A stretch of 64,000 nt of DNA from the NCBI GenBank assembly GCA_002633005.1, contig NMRA01000451.1, positions 306,808 through 370,807 of the forward strand, read 5' to 3'. This DNA is from Phoronis australis. Taxonomy: Eukaryota; Animalia; Phoronida. Numbering within the stretch: position 1 is the first letter of the stretch; each line of letters opens with the position of its first letter. A program made the position numbers and the translations under genes. The notes beneath the pieces were generated by a model, which saw only the letters and a program-made list of their open reading frames with translations, did no database searches and was not told the DNA's origin. Positions 62,101 through 64,000 of the stretch are shown piece by piece.

Positions 62101-63910
62101 CCAATGGCTTAAAACCCTTACTAAAGGGCGTGGTGCTCAACAATTATTCCCACCCGTGCTGAAGCCTTGTCCTCTATGTTTAGTTTACATTATTCTAGTC
62201 ATTTTGAATGTTGGCATGTACCAGCATGTTGGAATAACTTAAGTAAGTGTTACCTATAACGCAACTGGAATGCAGCTTTTGATATTGGCATAGGACATTA
62301 TCATTATCAATGTACCTGTTAATTACTGTAAATAAGTATGCATTTGATTCATCATTTTTATGGAAATTGTGAAGTTTGTCATTGTGAGTAAATTTGTAGG
62401 TCAGTTTTACTTCAGCACAAAGACGCCATCCACTTTGTTTTCCAGCATGGCAGCTGCTAAGAACTGCTCAATCAATAATTAATGATTCTGTATGCTACAA
62501 ATGTCCACATGTTATAATAGCTCATTATTTCCAGTCTATGCTTCATTAGGGTCTCCTACTCTTTGACCTAGCTTTTATCAGCATGCCCGGAAAGAAAGCC
62601 AAGAATTAAAAAGACTGCGTTTGTGAACTTATGGACTGTGAGAAATATTTGATGAGCCGTGACATGCATTGCCTCTGCATGAATGGTTGGTCTGTGAAAG
62701 TTCTTACACGATGGTTATGAATCTGTTACTACAGTCAATCAATAGTGTACTATAAAGGAGATCTAGATACATACAAAAGACATGTGCAGATAATACAGGG
62801 ATAGTTAAAACTGGTCTAATGCACACCACATAGGCCACATGATAGAAATGAATTTTAGTGTCTCGCATGGTTTTGTGTGCGTTTCCATATCATTTTCATA
62901 TTGAGTTTGAGCCTCAGAGCTATTCAAAAAAATAAAATGTACAAATTTCTCCAGGACAATAACTTGTTTTGTTAAAATATTTAAAGACATGTACGTTCCC
63001 AAGTGGGGTACTTGACTATATTTTTATGCTAGTGCAGATGGAAAACTAGGGTACTCTCCTATTGAAGAGAGTGGACTTGAAGAAAAGGGCCCATTTCTAT
63101 GGACCTTCCATGAGAAATTCACCATTGCGTAGGTGTTATTTCCATAAATCTAACCTTCCCTAGGAATTCTTTGACTTGGACATGTTAATTTTTAATTTCA
63201 GCCTTAAAATTGAAACTCGTTCAATTTTTATCAAAAATAATAGGCTTCGAGGCATTTACGAAACATGTTGTGTGTAAATTTCACGTTGATCCAATAAGAG
63301 TTACGATCTGTACATGCAAACAAAGAAACAAAACAAAACAAAAATTTTATGGCAACGCAACATATTTGGAGAAATTTCGTTTCACCAAGTAAAAATGTGG
63401 TTAACTGACCTCCAAAAATTTGCCCAGATAGCAAACAAATTGGAAGTTAAAGGAAATTCAGTTATGGATAGGTCCTGAAACAAGACACATTGGCCTATCA
63501 GGTGAGACCAGATATGTTAATATGATCACAATTTTATGTCCCTGGGTTGACCTTTCATGGAAGTACCCTTAATCTAGATCCTTTTTAGTTGTTTTTTTAA
63601 TAAATATTAATGAAAATAATTGTATTAACCATACATGTCCTGTTGTAAGTGAATTACGTAGTCAGTAATGGGAACACTGTGTGTCTTATCAGTTGAATAG
63701 TTGCTGTATTAGTTTTATTACATTTCTGGCATCATTGCTCAAGTCAAATGGCAAATTGTTATGTAGCAAGGTTGGAACTGAAAATCCCCCACATAGTGGC
63801 AGAATTTGAACACATTAGCTAGAGGTCTATAGCTGATTTGGATTTGTTGAAATTTGAGCATCTTGCTCAATGCCATTCACTTCCTATTCATTGGTGACTG
63901 ATGTCATTAG

Positions 63911-64000
63911 GCCATAAGTAATGGAAAAATGAAAGCGCTCCGAGGAGCGAACCTTGGCGAAATTAACCAAAAAGATGACGATAAAGATGATGACGAAGAT
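63911..64000 (+). CDS. Possible exon of an unidentified gene, truncated by the window end
   Basis: gtcattag| acceptor, then open frame AISNGKMKALRGANLGEINQKDDDKDDDED in purine-rich exon-like sequence. Confidence 0.4.

Noticed and set aside
63038-63132. Possible + strand exon (DGKLGYSPIEESGLEEKGPFLWTFHEKFTI)
   Set aside because: Weak acceptor, and its exit phase does not fit the 63911 exon

Overview
Eukaryotic, most likely invertebrate (probably spiralian), genomic DNA with spliceosomal GT-AG introns. Three genes can be spliced by eye. (1) The 3' part of DNAJC4/DnaJ-60 (+, 286-3708). (2) A complete invertebrate-type SMOC/Pentagone-like gene (-, 36993->11083; signal peptide-Kazal-TY-EC-linker-TY-EC, about 589 aa). 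Its first thyroglobulin domain has lost a cysteine pair and its linker is built from symmetric phase-1 mini-exons. (3) A complete but short STIP1/Hop gene (-, 58322->47082; 321 aa, TPR2A-TPR2B-DP2 only), with heat-shock elements on both sides of its 21-nt first coding exon. A fourth, divergent + strand gene probably starts after about 60.5 kb. The non-coding DNA holds six loci with minimal hammerhead-ribozyme motifs typical of Penelope-like elements (two with GIY-YIG remnants, two with intact cores), two Helentron/DINE-type elements carrying CTCF-like motif arrays, 5-bp-TSD hAT-like MITEs, tRNA-SINE remnants, a 500-bp foldback and several minisatellites. All calls come from reading the sequence; no searches were run.
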